64,000 nucleotides of DNA, taken from the human T2T-CHM13v2.0 reference genome, Homo sapiens. Below, piece by piece: positions 42,647 through 54,884 of this stretch. The stretch is taken from NCBI RefSeq assembly GCF_009914755.1, contig NC_060929.1, one strand, 5' to 3'. The position numbers and the translations under genes are program-made. The first letter of the stretch is position 1; the number at the start of each line of letters is the position of its first letter. Under the pieces are notes generated by a model. It saw only the letters and a list, made by a program, of their open reading frames with translations, had not been told where the DNA came from and searched no databases.

Positions 42647-45070
42647 CGCTCCCCTGACCCTCCTCCTCACCCTCATCCTTCTACTCCCCCTGCTTTTCCA
42701 AGGGTCAGCCTCCTCCTGGGTTAAGCACTCACCTTGGGCTGTCCTTTCTCGCTACTCTCTCTCCCTCCCCTGCTGGGTACGGTGGTAGTTTGGGGTGAGG
42801 ATGGTGCTTAAGATCCTATAAGTGGAGGGGGCAGTGGCACAGGCCTTCTCTCCTCTCCGCAAAGATTAACTTAGTGCTGATATCTATGTCTCCTGTAACC
42901 TATGCTGAGTCTATTTCCTTTCTCAACTTGAGTTGTATTACAAAGAGCCATCTGCTGTTCGCTTATGCCTCATAAGTTCCAGGTTCAAGGACCAGGTTTT
43001 GGCTTAGTGGGAGGAAGACAGGCTAGTGGGGTGGGGGCAGGTGATATGTGATTGAGGAAGACTCACCCTACAGCACAGCTAAAATATGTTATCTGCATTC
43101 AAAAAAATAAATAAATAAAGGTTAGTAAGAGGTAGAAGAGAACTTCTGCTTTACATTAAGCTCCCTGCAATTTTTTTCTTCTCACGTTTCTTGTCTCTTA
43201 CTCAAAAAATTTTGCTGTTTGTAGGTGAATAACTCATAGTTGTTGTCTCTTCCCTTAAGTTTCTCTCTCACATAATCACTCTCCATATTTACATTAATTT
43301 AGCACAAGAAACAAGTAAGCAAGTTACTAAAGTTGTTATCTATCGTTGTTGATAGCATGGATTTTCTTAATTCATCTATGTTGAAAGAGATGTACTTTTA
43401 AAAATAAATATACTTAAAGTTTTAATAAACTAGTTACAGGCAGTAAATAGCAGGTATGGGGAGTAAATATTAAGTTAGATTGAGAAGTTACTAGTCATTA
43501 TATTGGTGGTTGCCTTTTTCAGCACACGTGTAGGACTAATTGTCATAGCCAATTTCCAAAACCTGTAAAGACTTCAAGAAGGGAACCATTCTATTTGTGT
43601 CTTGTCTGACTGGGTTACTGGCATCCTGGCTACAGACCTCCATGTCTCTCTGGACCTGCACACACATCTGCAAGACAATTCTGGGATGTCATATTCCCAA
43701 CAACTGCTGGATTGTAGTAAGTCTCCAGCAGGAAGCAATTCATCATTAAGCTTTAGAGGAATAAGAAGAGAATGGAAAATCCTTCTTTCTGCTTATATGT
43801 ACAATAGCCACATTCCAAGTGAATGCCTAGATATTGTTCCTTTCCAGACTTAAACTCTGACAACCAAGAAAAATCACACCTCTGATTTTAGGGCCATTTT
43901 GCTGGGACTTACCTAGGCCCAATGGACACTTAAAAATAATCACTTTATTTAAATATCCTTCAGCCTCCTTCCAGACATGTTTCACAGGCCGAGCTTCCCC
44001 TTTCTCCTGTGTTCCTTTTGTTTTCCAGACACACCACAAACCAAAAGGAGCACACGGCCTGTGTTATACAAAATGTGCAGGAACAGGGTTTCTTGAGTGG
44101 CTACCCAATTAAGTAAATCTCCTTGCCTGGAGGAAACTAAGTTAAAATAACATTGAGGTCTGTCCCCAAGCCCGCAAAAGAGAAGAAAATGTAAAACCAG
44201 AGCTGAAAATTTCCTCTGTTGTGCAATGAGTATTGCAGAATGAGAACTCTCAGATGAAGTTTCAAGGAAGTATTAGCATTTTCCAAAGCACAAGTTCAGA
44301 GCACCCCAGTCTCCTAAATGTTGCAGGTTTGGCTGACATTAGTTTTTGGAAGATTACACTGTTAGAAACCATCAGCAATAAAGTGACTACTTGCTATTAT
44401 AGCCTCTTATTTTATTATATGGTCAAGAGGATTTTCTCTTCTGCTTTTCAGTAATAAACACATGTTGAGAAAGTATGGTATGCTGGGCAGAGACCTGAGA
44501 GATCAGCTGCCTCCCAGGTGTTTCCGGACGTAGCTCATACACATGATTCCAGACACACGAAAGCATGCACCTTCTTTACTAAACCTGCAGACAATGAGAT
44601 TCCACTATCCTTACTGACATTTTTAGGTTGGTGCAACCATTAATGCAAACAGTCTTTCTCCAGGCATAATCATTTCTATGGGCCTACCTGCACAGAAATG
44701 TTCCAATTTGAACCGAGTCACTTGACCAAGACAAGTACCCAATCCAGTACAAGTATAGAAAGGGGGGGAAGAGTCAATTCTAAAAGCAGAGAATTGTAAG
44801 AGAGGGATTGAATAGCTCTTTTAGTGTAAGAATTGGCACTTCATATTTTAACCATAAAAGAACTAAAATATATCCCTCATAAAGCCACATTTTATTGGTA
44901 TGTATGTGGTTCAATAAGGTAAAAACCACCTTAAAGCTAATAAATACTTCATATTCTCCTTGACCTGTGGAATAAATACCCGTGAAGGACAAAGTTCTTG
45001 GGATTATGCATCATCTTGTTGGTAAATTTCCAATAAGTCAATGGTTAAGGCATCACACTAAAACAGGCAG

Positions 45071-45107
<37 letters not shown>

Positions 45108-45108
<1 letters not shown>

Positions 45109-45548
45109 TGAGCAATAAAGCTGTTTATTTCACCTGGGTGCAGGTGGGCTGAGTCCGAAAAGAGAGTCAGCGAAGGGAGATAAGGGTGGGGCCGTTTTAT
45201 AGGATTTGGGTAGGTAAAGGAAAATTACAGTCAAAGGGGGTTTGTTCTCTGGCGGGCAGGAGTGGGGGTCGCAAGGTGCTCAGTGGGCAGGAGTGGGGGT
45301 CACAAGGTGCTCAGTGGGGGAGCTTTTTGAGCCAGGATGAGCCAGGAAAAGGACTTTCACAGGGTAATGTCATCAGTTAAGGCAAGGACCGGCCATTTAC
45401 ACTTCTTTTGTGGTGGAATGTCATCAGTTAAGGTGGGGCAAGGCATATTCACTTCTTTTGTGATTCTTCAGTTACTTCAGGCCATCTGGGCGTATACGTG
45501 CAAGTCACAGGGGATGCGATGGCTTGGCTTGGGCTCAGAGGCCTGACA
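45108..45548 (-). promoter_or_regulatory. LTR7 U3-R (3' LTR lacking U5), TATAAAA at 45195-45201, AATAAA at 45124-45129
   Basis: Starts TGTCAGGCCTCTGAGCCCAAGC right after the polypurine tract AGAAGGCAGGAA (45549-45560); TATA box 30 nt upstream of the R start. Confidence 0.93.
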
Positions 45549-46499
45549 TTCCTGCCTTCTTATATTAATAAGAAAAATAAAACAAAATAGTGTTGAAGTG
45601 TTGGGGCGGCGAAAATTTTTTGGGGGGTGGTATGGAGCGAGAATGGGCGATGTTTCTCAGGGCTGCTTCAAGCGGGATTAGGGGTGGCGTGGGAACCTAG
45701 AGTGGGAGAGATTAAGCTGGAGGGAGGTCGTGTGGTAAGGGGTGATATTGTGGGGATGCTAGAAGAAACATTTGTCGTATAGAATGATTGGTGATGGCCT
45801 GGATACGGTTTTGTATGAATTGAAAAACTAAATGGAATAACAGAAGGAGAAAAACAGGTATAAAAGGTCTAAGAAATGGGACGACTTGATGTCTGATTAG
45901 AGAGTGCTTAAGGAGATTTGGCATAGTCCTGCCAGCAAAGATTATTTATTTACTTCAAGAGTTAAGAGTGGCAGTTTGGGGATAGCACCAGGAGATATCA
46001 GCTGTGATGGCTTGGAGAAACAGTGTAAACAAGAGCAGGGCAGGTATGAGTAGTTGAGAAGGGTGAATAGGAGTATGACTAGACAGAAAATAGTAGGGAT
46101 GACAAGTTTTTTGTTTTTTTTTTTTTTTGAGGCACAGTCTAAGTTGGTCTGGTGTCTGGAATGAGACTGGGGCCTAATAAAAAGGAGCGTCTATACAGGA
46201 CCTTAAATGGGCTGTACCCTGTAGCATTCTGAGGACAGGCCTGAATTCTGAGAAGGGAAAGTGGTAAAAAGTATTGTCCAGTCCTTTTTAAGTTGGTGGC
46301 TGAGCTTGGTGAGGTGTGTTTTTAAAAGACCTTTAGTCCATTCTACTTTTCTTGAAGATGGAGGACCATAAGGGATATAAAGGTTTCACTCAATACTAAG
46401 AGCCTGAAAAACTGCTTGGCTGATATGACTAATAAAGGCTCATCTGTTATCAGACTGTATTGAGGTGGGAAGGCTAAACTGAGGAATTATGTCTGACAG

Positions 46500-47699
46500 A
46501 ACAGAAGAAATGACTGCGGTGGCCTTCTCAGACCCTGTAGGAAAAGCCTCTACTTATTTTGAGGGCCTCTAAAAGTATTAAAGCAGCGGCAGCCACTGCA
46601 CGCAGACATGAGGGCTAGGCTAAAACAGTAAGGTCAAGTTGTTTGGACAGAAAGGCTACAGGGTGTGGTCCTGGCTCTTGTGTAAAAACTCTGACCGCGC
46701 TAACCATGCCTAGGAAGGAAAGGAGTTTTGTAGAAGGTGCTTGGGTTTGAGAGATCAGTCGGACACGATTGGCAGGGAGAGCACGTGTGTTTTTATGAGA
46801 ATTATGCCGAGATAGGTAACAGATGAGGAAGAAATTTGGGCTTGATGGAAGTAATGGGGGCTGTCTGTGAAGCTTTGCAGCAGTACAGCCTAGGTAATTT
46901 GCTGAGCTTGATGGGTGTCAGGGTCAGTCCAAGTGAAAGCGAAGAGAGGCTGGGATTAAGGGTGCAAATGAATAGTAAAGAAAGCATGTTTGAGATCCAG
47001 AACAGAATAATGGGTTGTAGAGGCAGGTATTGAGGATAGGAGAGTATATGGGTTTGGCACCACGGGGTGTATAGGCAAAACAATTTGGTTGATAAGGCGC
47101 AGATCCTGAACTAACTTGTAAGGCTTGTCTGGTTTTAGGACAGGTAAAATGGGGGAATTGTAAGGAGAGTTTATAAGCTTTAAAAGGCCATGCTGTAGCA
47201 GGCAAGTGATAACAGGCTTTAATCTTTTTAAAGCATGCTGCGGGATGGGATATTGGTGTTGAGTGGGGTAAGGGTGATTAGGTTTTAATGAGATGGTAAG
47301 GGGTGCATGATCGGTCGCCAAGGAGGGAGTAGAGGTGTCTTATACTTGTGGGTTAAGGTGGGGGGATAGAAGAGGAGGACGCAAAGGAGGCTTTGGATTG
47401 GGAAGAAGGTCAGCAATGAGATACAGCTGTAGTCCAGGAATAGTCAGGGAAGCAGATAATTTAGTTAAAGTGTCTCAGCCTAATAAGGGAACTGGGCAGG
47501 TGGGGATAACTAAAAAGGAGTGCTTAAAAGAGTATTGTCTAAGTTGGCACCAGAGTTGGGGAGTTTTAAGAGGTTTAGAAGCCTGGCCGTCAATACCCAC
47601 AACAGTTATGGAGGCAAGGGAAACAGGCCCTTGAAAAGAGGGTAACGTGGAGTGAGTAGCCTCCGTATTGATTAAGAAGGGGACGGGCTTACCTTCCAC
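46500..47699 (-). pseudogene. HERV-H pro/pol remnants (protease FLINTEAT with degenerate DTGA motif; RT N-terminus ...LVQDLRLIN...LDLKHAFFTI; integrase fragment)
   Basis: ORFs 47475..47699 and 46956..47321; stops, frameshifts and deletions; no YxDD motif visible. Confidence 0.9.
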
Positions 47700-47899
47700 T
47701 GTGAGAGTTACCCGAAGCTCGGCGTGCGTGATGGTCTAGGGGGCTTCCGAGGCGATCGGGCAGTGTCAGTCTTCAGCCGCTAAGCCGAGAAGATCTGGGA
47801 AGGAGTCGGTCAGAGAGCCTTGGGCCAGAGTTCCAGGGGCTCTGGGAGTGGCTGCCAGGTGAGTTGAACAGTCCGATTTTCACTGGGGTCCCACACAGA

Positions 47900-48990
47900 T
47901 GGGATACGGCTTAGGAGGAATCCCGGGCTGCGGGCATTCCTTGGCCCAGTGGCCAGATTTCCGTCACATGTAGCAAGCTCCTGTGGGAGGAGGTTCTGGA
48001 GGAACGCCTGGCCGCTGCAGTTCAGGCGTTTGGAAGTTCTTGTGTGCTGGAGATGTGGCTGGGGTTTGTCTCACAGTGGAGGCAAGGAATTGCAACTTTT
48101 TTCTATTATGGTACACCTTGAAGGCGAGGTTAATTAAATCCTGTTGTGGGGTTTGAGGGCCGGAATTTAATTTTTGGAGTTTTATTTAATGTCGGGAGCA
48201 GATTGGGTAATAAAATGTATTTTGAGAATAAGACGGCCTTTTGACCTTTTAGGGTCTAGGGCTGTAAAGTGTCTCAGGGTTGCTGCCAAACAAGTCATGA
48301 ACTGGGCTGGATTTTTATATTTGATGAAAAAGAGCCTAAACGCTATCTGATTTGGGATAAAGAAAAAGGAGCATTAACTTTGACTATGCTTTTAGCTCCA
48401 GCCACCTTTTTAAGAGTAAACTGCTGGGCAGGAGGGGGAGGGCTAGTCACGGAACAAAACTGTAAGCCGGACCAGGTGTGAGGAGGGGAGGTGATAAAAA
48501 GATTATAGGGTGGAGGAGCAGAGGCTGAGGAAGAATTGGGACCTAGCTCGGCCTGGCGAGGAGCAAGCAGGCTGGGGAGGAAGGGAGAGGTCAGATGGGT
48601 CTGTAGAAAAGGAAGATTAGAAAGGCTCAGCGACGCTTGGGGTTGGTACTGAGGGGACAGGCGGGAGGGAAAGAAGGAAGATTTGGGACGAGTTGCACTG
48701 GTCACAGAGACTAGGAAGGGACTGATGTGTAAAAGAATGCCTGGACGTCAGGCACCTCAGACTGTTTGCCTATTTTACGACAAGAATTATTTAGATTTTG
48801 CAGGATGGAAAAATTCAAAGTGCCATTTTCTGGCTATTTGGAACTACTGTCGAGTTTGTATTGGGGTCAAGCGGCATTGCAGAAGAAAATAAGGCATTTA
48901 GGTTTTAGGTCAGGTGTGAGTTGGAGAGGTTTTAAGTTTTTGAGAACACAGGCTAAGGGAGAAGAAGGAGGAATGGAAGGTGGAAGGTTG
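47900..48990 (-). pseudogene. HERV-H gag remnants (PPPY late-domain motif; disrupted CCHC knuckle GACYM*RKSGHWAKECP near 47930-47982)
   Basis: ORF 48343..48705 contains APPPYN; hand translation shows a stop at the second zinc-knuckle Cys. Confidence 0.85.
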
Positions 48991-49769
48991 CCCATAGTGA
49001 AGGAGGCAAACCCTGAGAAAAGAGAGCATAGAGACACGGAGGAGGGGAGTGGGGTTCTTGCCCTCCAGAAAAGCAGAGAGGGGGTTGGGACACGGAAATA
49101 AGGGATTGGGGCACAGAGATAAGAGGTCAGGGTGCAGAAATAAGCGATTGGGGGGTTCTTGCCCCCTAGGAAAGCGGGACTTGCCGCTAAGGGTGAAGGA
49201 CCAAGGCAGGCGTCCCTGCGTGGTCTGACACCCTTGAAACATGGCTGAATGATCAGAGAGGCGTCCCTGCAATGATTAAACACCAAGGGAAGGTTGCCTT
49301 CCCAGTCCGTGACCGGCGCCGGAGTTTTGGGTTCACGGATAAAACATGTCTCTTTTGTCTCTACCAGAAAATGAAAGGAATTGAAATTAAGAGAAGGGAG
49401 AGATTGAAGTGTGGCGCCAAGATTGAAAGGAGAAAGAAGTTGAGGGATAGCGAGGGAGGTTGGAGAAGAGAGTAAAAAGAGGCCGCTTACCGGATTTGAA
49501 ATTGGTGAGATGTTTCTTGGGCTGGTCGGTCTGAGGACCTGAGGCCATAGGTGGATGTTTCTCACGGAGCAAAGAGCAGGAGGACAGGGGATTGATCTCC
49601 CAAGGGAGGTCCCCCGATCCGAGTCACGGCACCAAATTTCATGCGCGTCCATGTGAAGAGACCACCAAACAGGCTTTCTGTGAGCAATAAAGCTGTTTAT
49701 TTCACCTGGGTGCAGGTGGGCTGAGTCCGAAAAGAGAGTCAGCCCAGGTAGTCTTAATGACAAATTCAT
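48867..49769 (-). CDS. Putative 300-aa ESRG-like ORF from the HERV-H R-U5-leader, initiated at a flank-derived ATG (coding status unproven)
   Basis: ORF track 48867..49775; ATG at 49769-49767; TLFSDSAHLHPGEINS...WCRDSDRGTSLGRSIPCPPALCS closely resembles the recalled ESRG/HESRG predicted protein. Confidence 0.3.
   Translation of the reverse strand: MNLSLRLPGLTLFSDSAHLHPGEINSFIAHRKPVWWSLHMDAHEIWCRDSDRGTSLGRSIPCPPALCSVRNIHLWPQVLRPTSPRNISPISNPVSGLFLLSSPTSLAIPQLLSPFNLGATLQSLPSLNFNSFHFLVETKETCFIREPKTPAPVTDWEGNLPLVFNHCRDASLIIQPCFKGVRPRRDACLGPSPLAASPAFLGGKNPPIAYFCTLTSYLCAPIPYFRVPTPSLLFWRARTPLPSSVSLCSLFSGFASFTMGNLPPSIPPSSPLACVLKNLKPLQLTPDLKPKCLIFFCNAA
49617..49634 (-). other. Primer binding site complementary to tRNA-His (TGGTGCCGTGACTCGGAT)
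   Basis: 18-nt match to the 3' end of tRNA-His directly after U5 (...CATGAAA); defines the HERV-H family. Confidence 0.95.
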
Positions 49770-52593
49770 ATCCAAAAACCAGCACTATCAGACCACAAGT
49801 TACAGATATCTTTGAATGAATTTAGTTAACCATTAATTAAGTTTAGCACACACTAAACCTAGTTTAGATTCACCTCCCCTCCTCCAAGTCCCCACAAAGA
49901 TCAATTACACAGGAGTTACCTGGTTTATTTCCATATTAATGCTTGATATCTAATATGGCTTGTTAACATAGCTTACCATATTTTCTGGGCATAAGTGTTT
50001 ATGGGAAAAACTTCAGATTTATACAAGGTTTTGGACATGTGACTCATATAAACTGGAATAACAGCATTGTTGCTAAAACTTGCCGCTTGCTTTGAAGCCT
50101 CATCATACTGTTCTTGGGAAACCATTAAGCAAAATGCCCTGAAGGGTAGGAGAAATTGCATTGAGCAATAAAATGTCAACAAACTGCAGAATTTGAACAT
50201 CAAGCACTTTCATCTAAATATGCCCTTCTCTCCTTTCACTTGGCAGGGGTTTGGTTTTTGAAAAGTAATAAACTCTAGCACTCTAGTTGACCTGGGATGT
50301 GTTTAAGAAATCAAATCTTAGAGCCAGAAGCAGTATAACCTTTAATGTGGACTCCCCACCTCGGAAAAACCATAGAATGAGAAATATAAACAGAAAAGTA
50401 GAACAGAAATATATATCTCAATTGTCTAGATATTTAATTTTTTTAAAGAGGGTACACACCAAAACCCTAGGCCAGAAGAAACAATCTTAAATCTGTTTAA
50501 ACAGGTGCTCAGTTCTTACTATCATCAACAGCAAATGACTATAATCATAGCACAAAATAAGAAGTATATGAACAAGGAAAACCTATTCATAAGTCTGCAT
50601 AACTTTTATAAACCTGGGATGGACACAGCTCAATCTCAGAGCAGGTTTGCAGTCAAGAAACAGCTGCCCACAGCCAAAAGTAATTTCAAAACAACTGAAA
50701 CCCTTCACTTATGTTTCTTAAGAACCATAAAGGGGATCTACATTCAAAGACCATACCAATATTTATTAAAACCCCTTTCGTCTTCTACCCTTCCCCCGCA
50801 AACTTGCTGCCAATCCAACACATTACAATTCATGATTCCCCATAACTTGTCTCAACACTTTATTCTATTTTCTGTCTGTCTTTACCCTCTCTTTTCTATA
50901 TCACTTTATTATTCAGACTGACCTTACCTCTCTCCTAGCAGAAAAGAATCCCTACTTACAGGAAGAAAAAGGATCTAGAAATTGATCTGGTAAATAGAGA
51001 ATTCCCTTAGGCTTGGTAGGGTAGAGGAATAGATGGAAAACAACCCACGTGATGAATATGATCCCAACTTATATATTTAACTGTATCATGAATTAAAAAC
51101 TCCTGAAGGGTAAGAGCTGTAACTTCAGTGTACCCTAAAACTGAGACCTAAAAAATCTGGGAGACATTATATGGATACATGCTGTTTGCATAGTTCTAGT
51201 GATAATGAATGTTTGCCTTGAATGACTCATGTTGATTAAAGTACAGAGAAGGACATCTCTGTTTCGTACCTCAAAAGAGTCAAGTTTCCTTTTGGAACTA
51301 TAAATCTAATAGGTTACCAAATGGAGGTCTAGAATTTCTTGGAGAAGGAAGGGGCAGGAGCCATAACAGAATGCCAGTCATGGACAATGGGAAATGTTCA
51401 TACCTGCATGTAGAGAACATTGTCTCATGGTTTGGAATATTAAATCAGGGATTGCATATACATGACTAGCATTCATCTTCTAATAAGTTCTATCCTGCAA
51501 AATTGGGGATTGTGAATCCAAATGCTTAGAAGAGTCAGGCTGTGTCCTAATTGAGTGACATTGGCAGACTGATAACTATGGCAATATGAGAGAACATATC
51601 CTATCTAAGCAGGAGTAATTTTTCTATTTCTACTAATTCTTATCATGTAGGAATGCTGGCTCAGTATTGTCAGATTCTCAGTGTTCCAAGATAGCCTGAA
51701 AATCCAAATGCTATATGTGATATTCCTCAAATTTTAGGTGTTGGCAGTTTAATATTTTTTATCACTATGACGACCAAATAGCCACACCTGTGGGCTGATG
51801 CAGCTCACAGACTACGTCACTCCTGGAAAAAAATAATAATAATCAACCTTCAAGAAGCAATGAATATAATATATAAATATTTTGTCTCTACTTGATTCAA
51901 TATGAATATTCAATAGAAAGAATTTTCTGCAAAAACCATTCACCAACAAATAAAAAGGCTTAGAAGAAATCAAACAAGTGGCAACTTTGCAAAAAAATGA
52001 ATTCAACTAAACATATAAAAAATGTAGTCTCAGGCCGAGAAAAAATCAGAATGAAATAGGAAACTATCTTGAAAGAGGATACCCTTACCCAACAATTCCA
52101 CTTATTAGAAACCATACAAAAAAATTTTAATTGCACAAAGATTAATATATAAATATATTCATTGCAACAATTTGTAACTGAAAAATTAGAAACTACCAAG
52201 TTAATAGGTGCTTGGTTTAAATAAATTTTGTATGACATATCTACAATGTGCAAAACTATACACTCATTAAAAATGATGCTGCAGAAAATTTATTTAGTGG
52301 AAAGATTTTCTTGATATTATTAAAAACACAGGTAATAAATACAAAGAAAGTATGATTTCATTTTCTTACATGTTCGTATCTTTGTGTGCATATGTCTGGG
52401 TCAAAGAAGAAATTACAAAGGAAATTTAAAGATAGTTTGAATGAATGACAGTGAAAAAATAACAAAACTTGTGGCATGCACCTAAAGCAGTGCTTAGTAG
52501 TAAATTTTTAGATTTTAATGCTTATACTAGAAAACAAGTAACATTTAAAATAATTATATGTTTCCACATTAAGAAGCTATAAAAAGAAAAGCA

Positions 52594-52889
<296 letters not shown>

Positions 52890-54211
52890 TTAAACTCAAA
52901 GTAGAATAAAAAATGTAGCAAAAATAGGAGCAGAAATTAATGAAAAATAAAACAAACAATAGAGAAAAATTCATGAAAACAAAAGTTAATTATTTGAAAA
53001 GATCTATAAAGTTGATAAACCCCAGGATGACCAAGAAAAAGGAAAAAGAAAGACCATAAAACACTAATATCAGAAATGAAATTGTCATTATTACTGTAAA
53101 CTCTATGGCCAATTTAAAAGATAATAAGAATATTATGAACAATTCTATGATAGTAAGTTTGACAAAATAGAAGAAATAGACAAATTCCATAAAAGATATA
53201 AATTATCAAAATTGACACAAGAAATAAAAATCTGAAAAGTCCTATATATAGCAGAGTAGTACATCTAATAGATTGAATGTGTGATTTAAAAAAAAAAAAA
53301 AAAAACTTCCTTCGAAGAAAACCTCCAGTCAAGATGGCTTTACTAGTGAACTCTGTCAAACATTTAAGGAAGAAATAATACCAATCCCACACAAACTCAG
53401 AAAATAGAATAGCAGGGAATATTTTTTGACTCATTACCTTGATATTAAAACCAGACAAATACATTGAAGGAAAAGAAAATTACAGATAAGTATGCCTTGT
53501 GAAAGTAGAAGCAAAAAAGTCTTTAATAAAACTTTAGCGAACTAAAGCTAGCAATATATATAGATTATAATACATCATGACCATGTGGGGTTTATTCCAG
53601 GAATAAAAGGTTGATTTGGTAAAACAATCAATGTAATGCATCATAATGAGACAATAAGAGAAAACCATATATGAATAGATAATGTAAAAGCATTTAAGAA
53701 AACTTAATACACATTTATGAATGAAAACTTTCAGCCAACTAGGAAAAAAAGTAACATTCTTAACATGATAGAAGGCAGCTAAGAAAGGCCTATAGTTAAC
53801 ATTCTATATTAATAGTGAAAGAATTACTGCCTTCACTAAGATTAAAATTGTCTTTATTCACAAATGGCATAATTGTGTACACAGAAAATCCTAAGGAATC
53901 TACAAAATGAAGTACTAGAACTAATTGAAAATTTTGCAAGGTTTCAGTATACAAGGTGAGTAAAAATAAATTGCTTTTCTATATATTAGCAATGAATAAT
54001 TGGAAAGTAAAATTTTAGAAAAATTTTGCAATTGCATCAGAAAGCCAAACAACCTAGAAGCAAGTTAACAAAACGTGTGTAAGACTTATACACTGAAAAC
54101 TACAAAATATTGCTGAGAAAAGTTGAAGATGACCTGAAAAGTAGAGAAATAAACTGTGTATATGAATTGAAAAATTCAATATAGTTATGAAGTCAATTGT
54201 CCCCAAATTGA

Positions 54212-54666
<455 letters not shown>

Positions 54667-54884
54667 AGATTTACACCTTTTAAGATTTGCTGCAAAACTA
54701 GAGAAATCAGACAGTTGTATGAATATAAGGATAGAGATATAAATCAATGGAATAGACAGTGCAAAAATTGACCCACACATATATGGTAAATTGATTTTTG
54801 ACAAAGGTCCCAAGGTAATACATTTTCCCAAGTGGGAACAATGTAGCCTTTTTAACAAGGGGCCCTAGAACAACTGGACATCAG

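Larger units (their letters stand above)
45073..49744 (-). mobile_element. HERV-H processed (L1-retroposed) copy: R-U5-PBS(His)-gag/pro/pol remnants-PPT-U3-R-poly(A)
   Basis: Identical 64-nt R at 49680-49743 and 45108-45171; no 5' U3 and no 3' U5; 35-nt poly(A) at 45073-45107; TSD caggc/tagtctt at 45064-45074 and 49745-49755; retroviral protease and RT ORF fragments. Confidence 0.95.

Noticed and set aside
44623-44636. ttaggttggtgcaa matching a MADE1 end
   Set aside because: Only 14 nt with no partner arm; at most a tiny remnant.
45254-45462. Direct repeats that could suggest a CRISPR-like array
   Set aside because: Standard internal tandem repeats of LTR7 U3 in a human locus; no spacers or cas genes.
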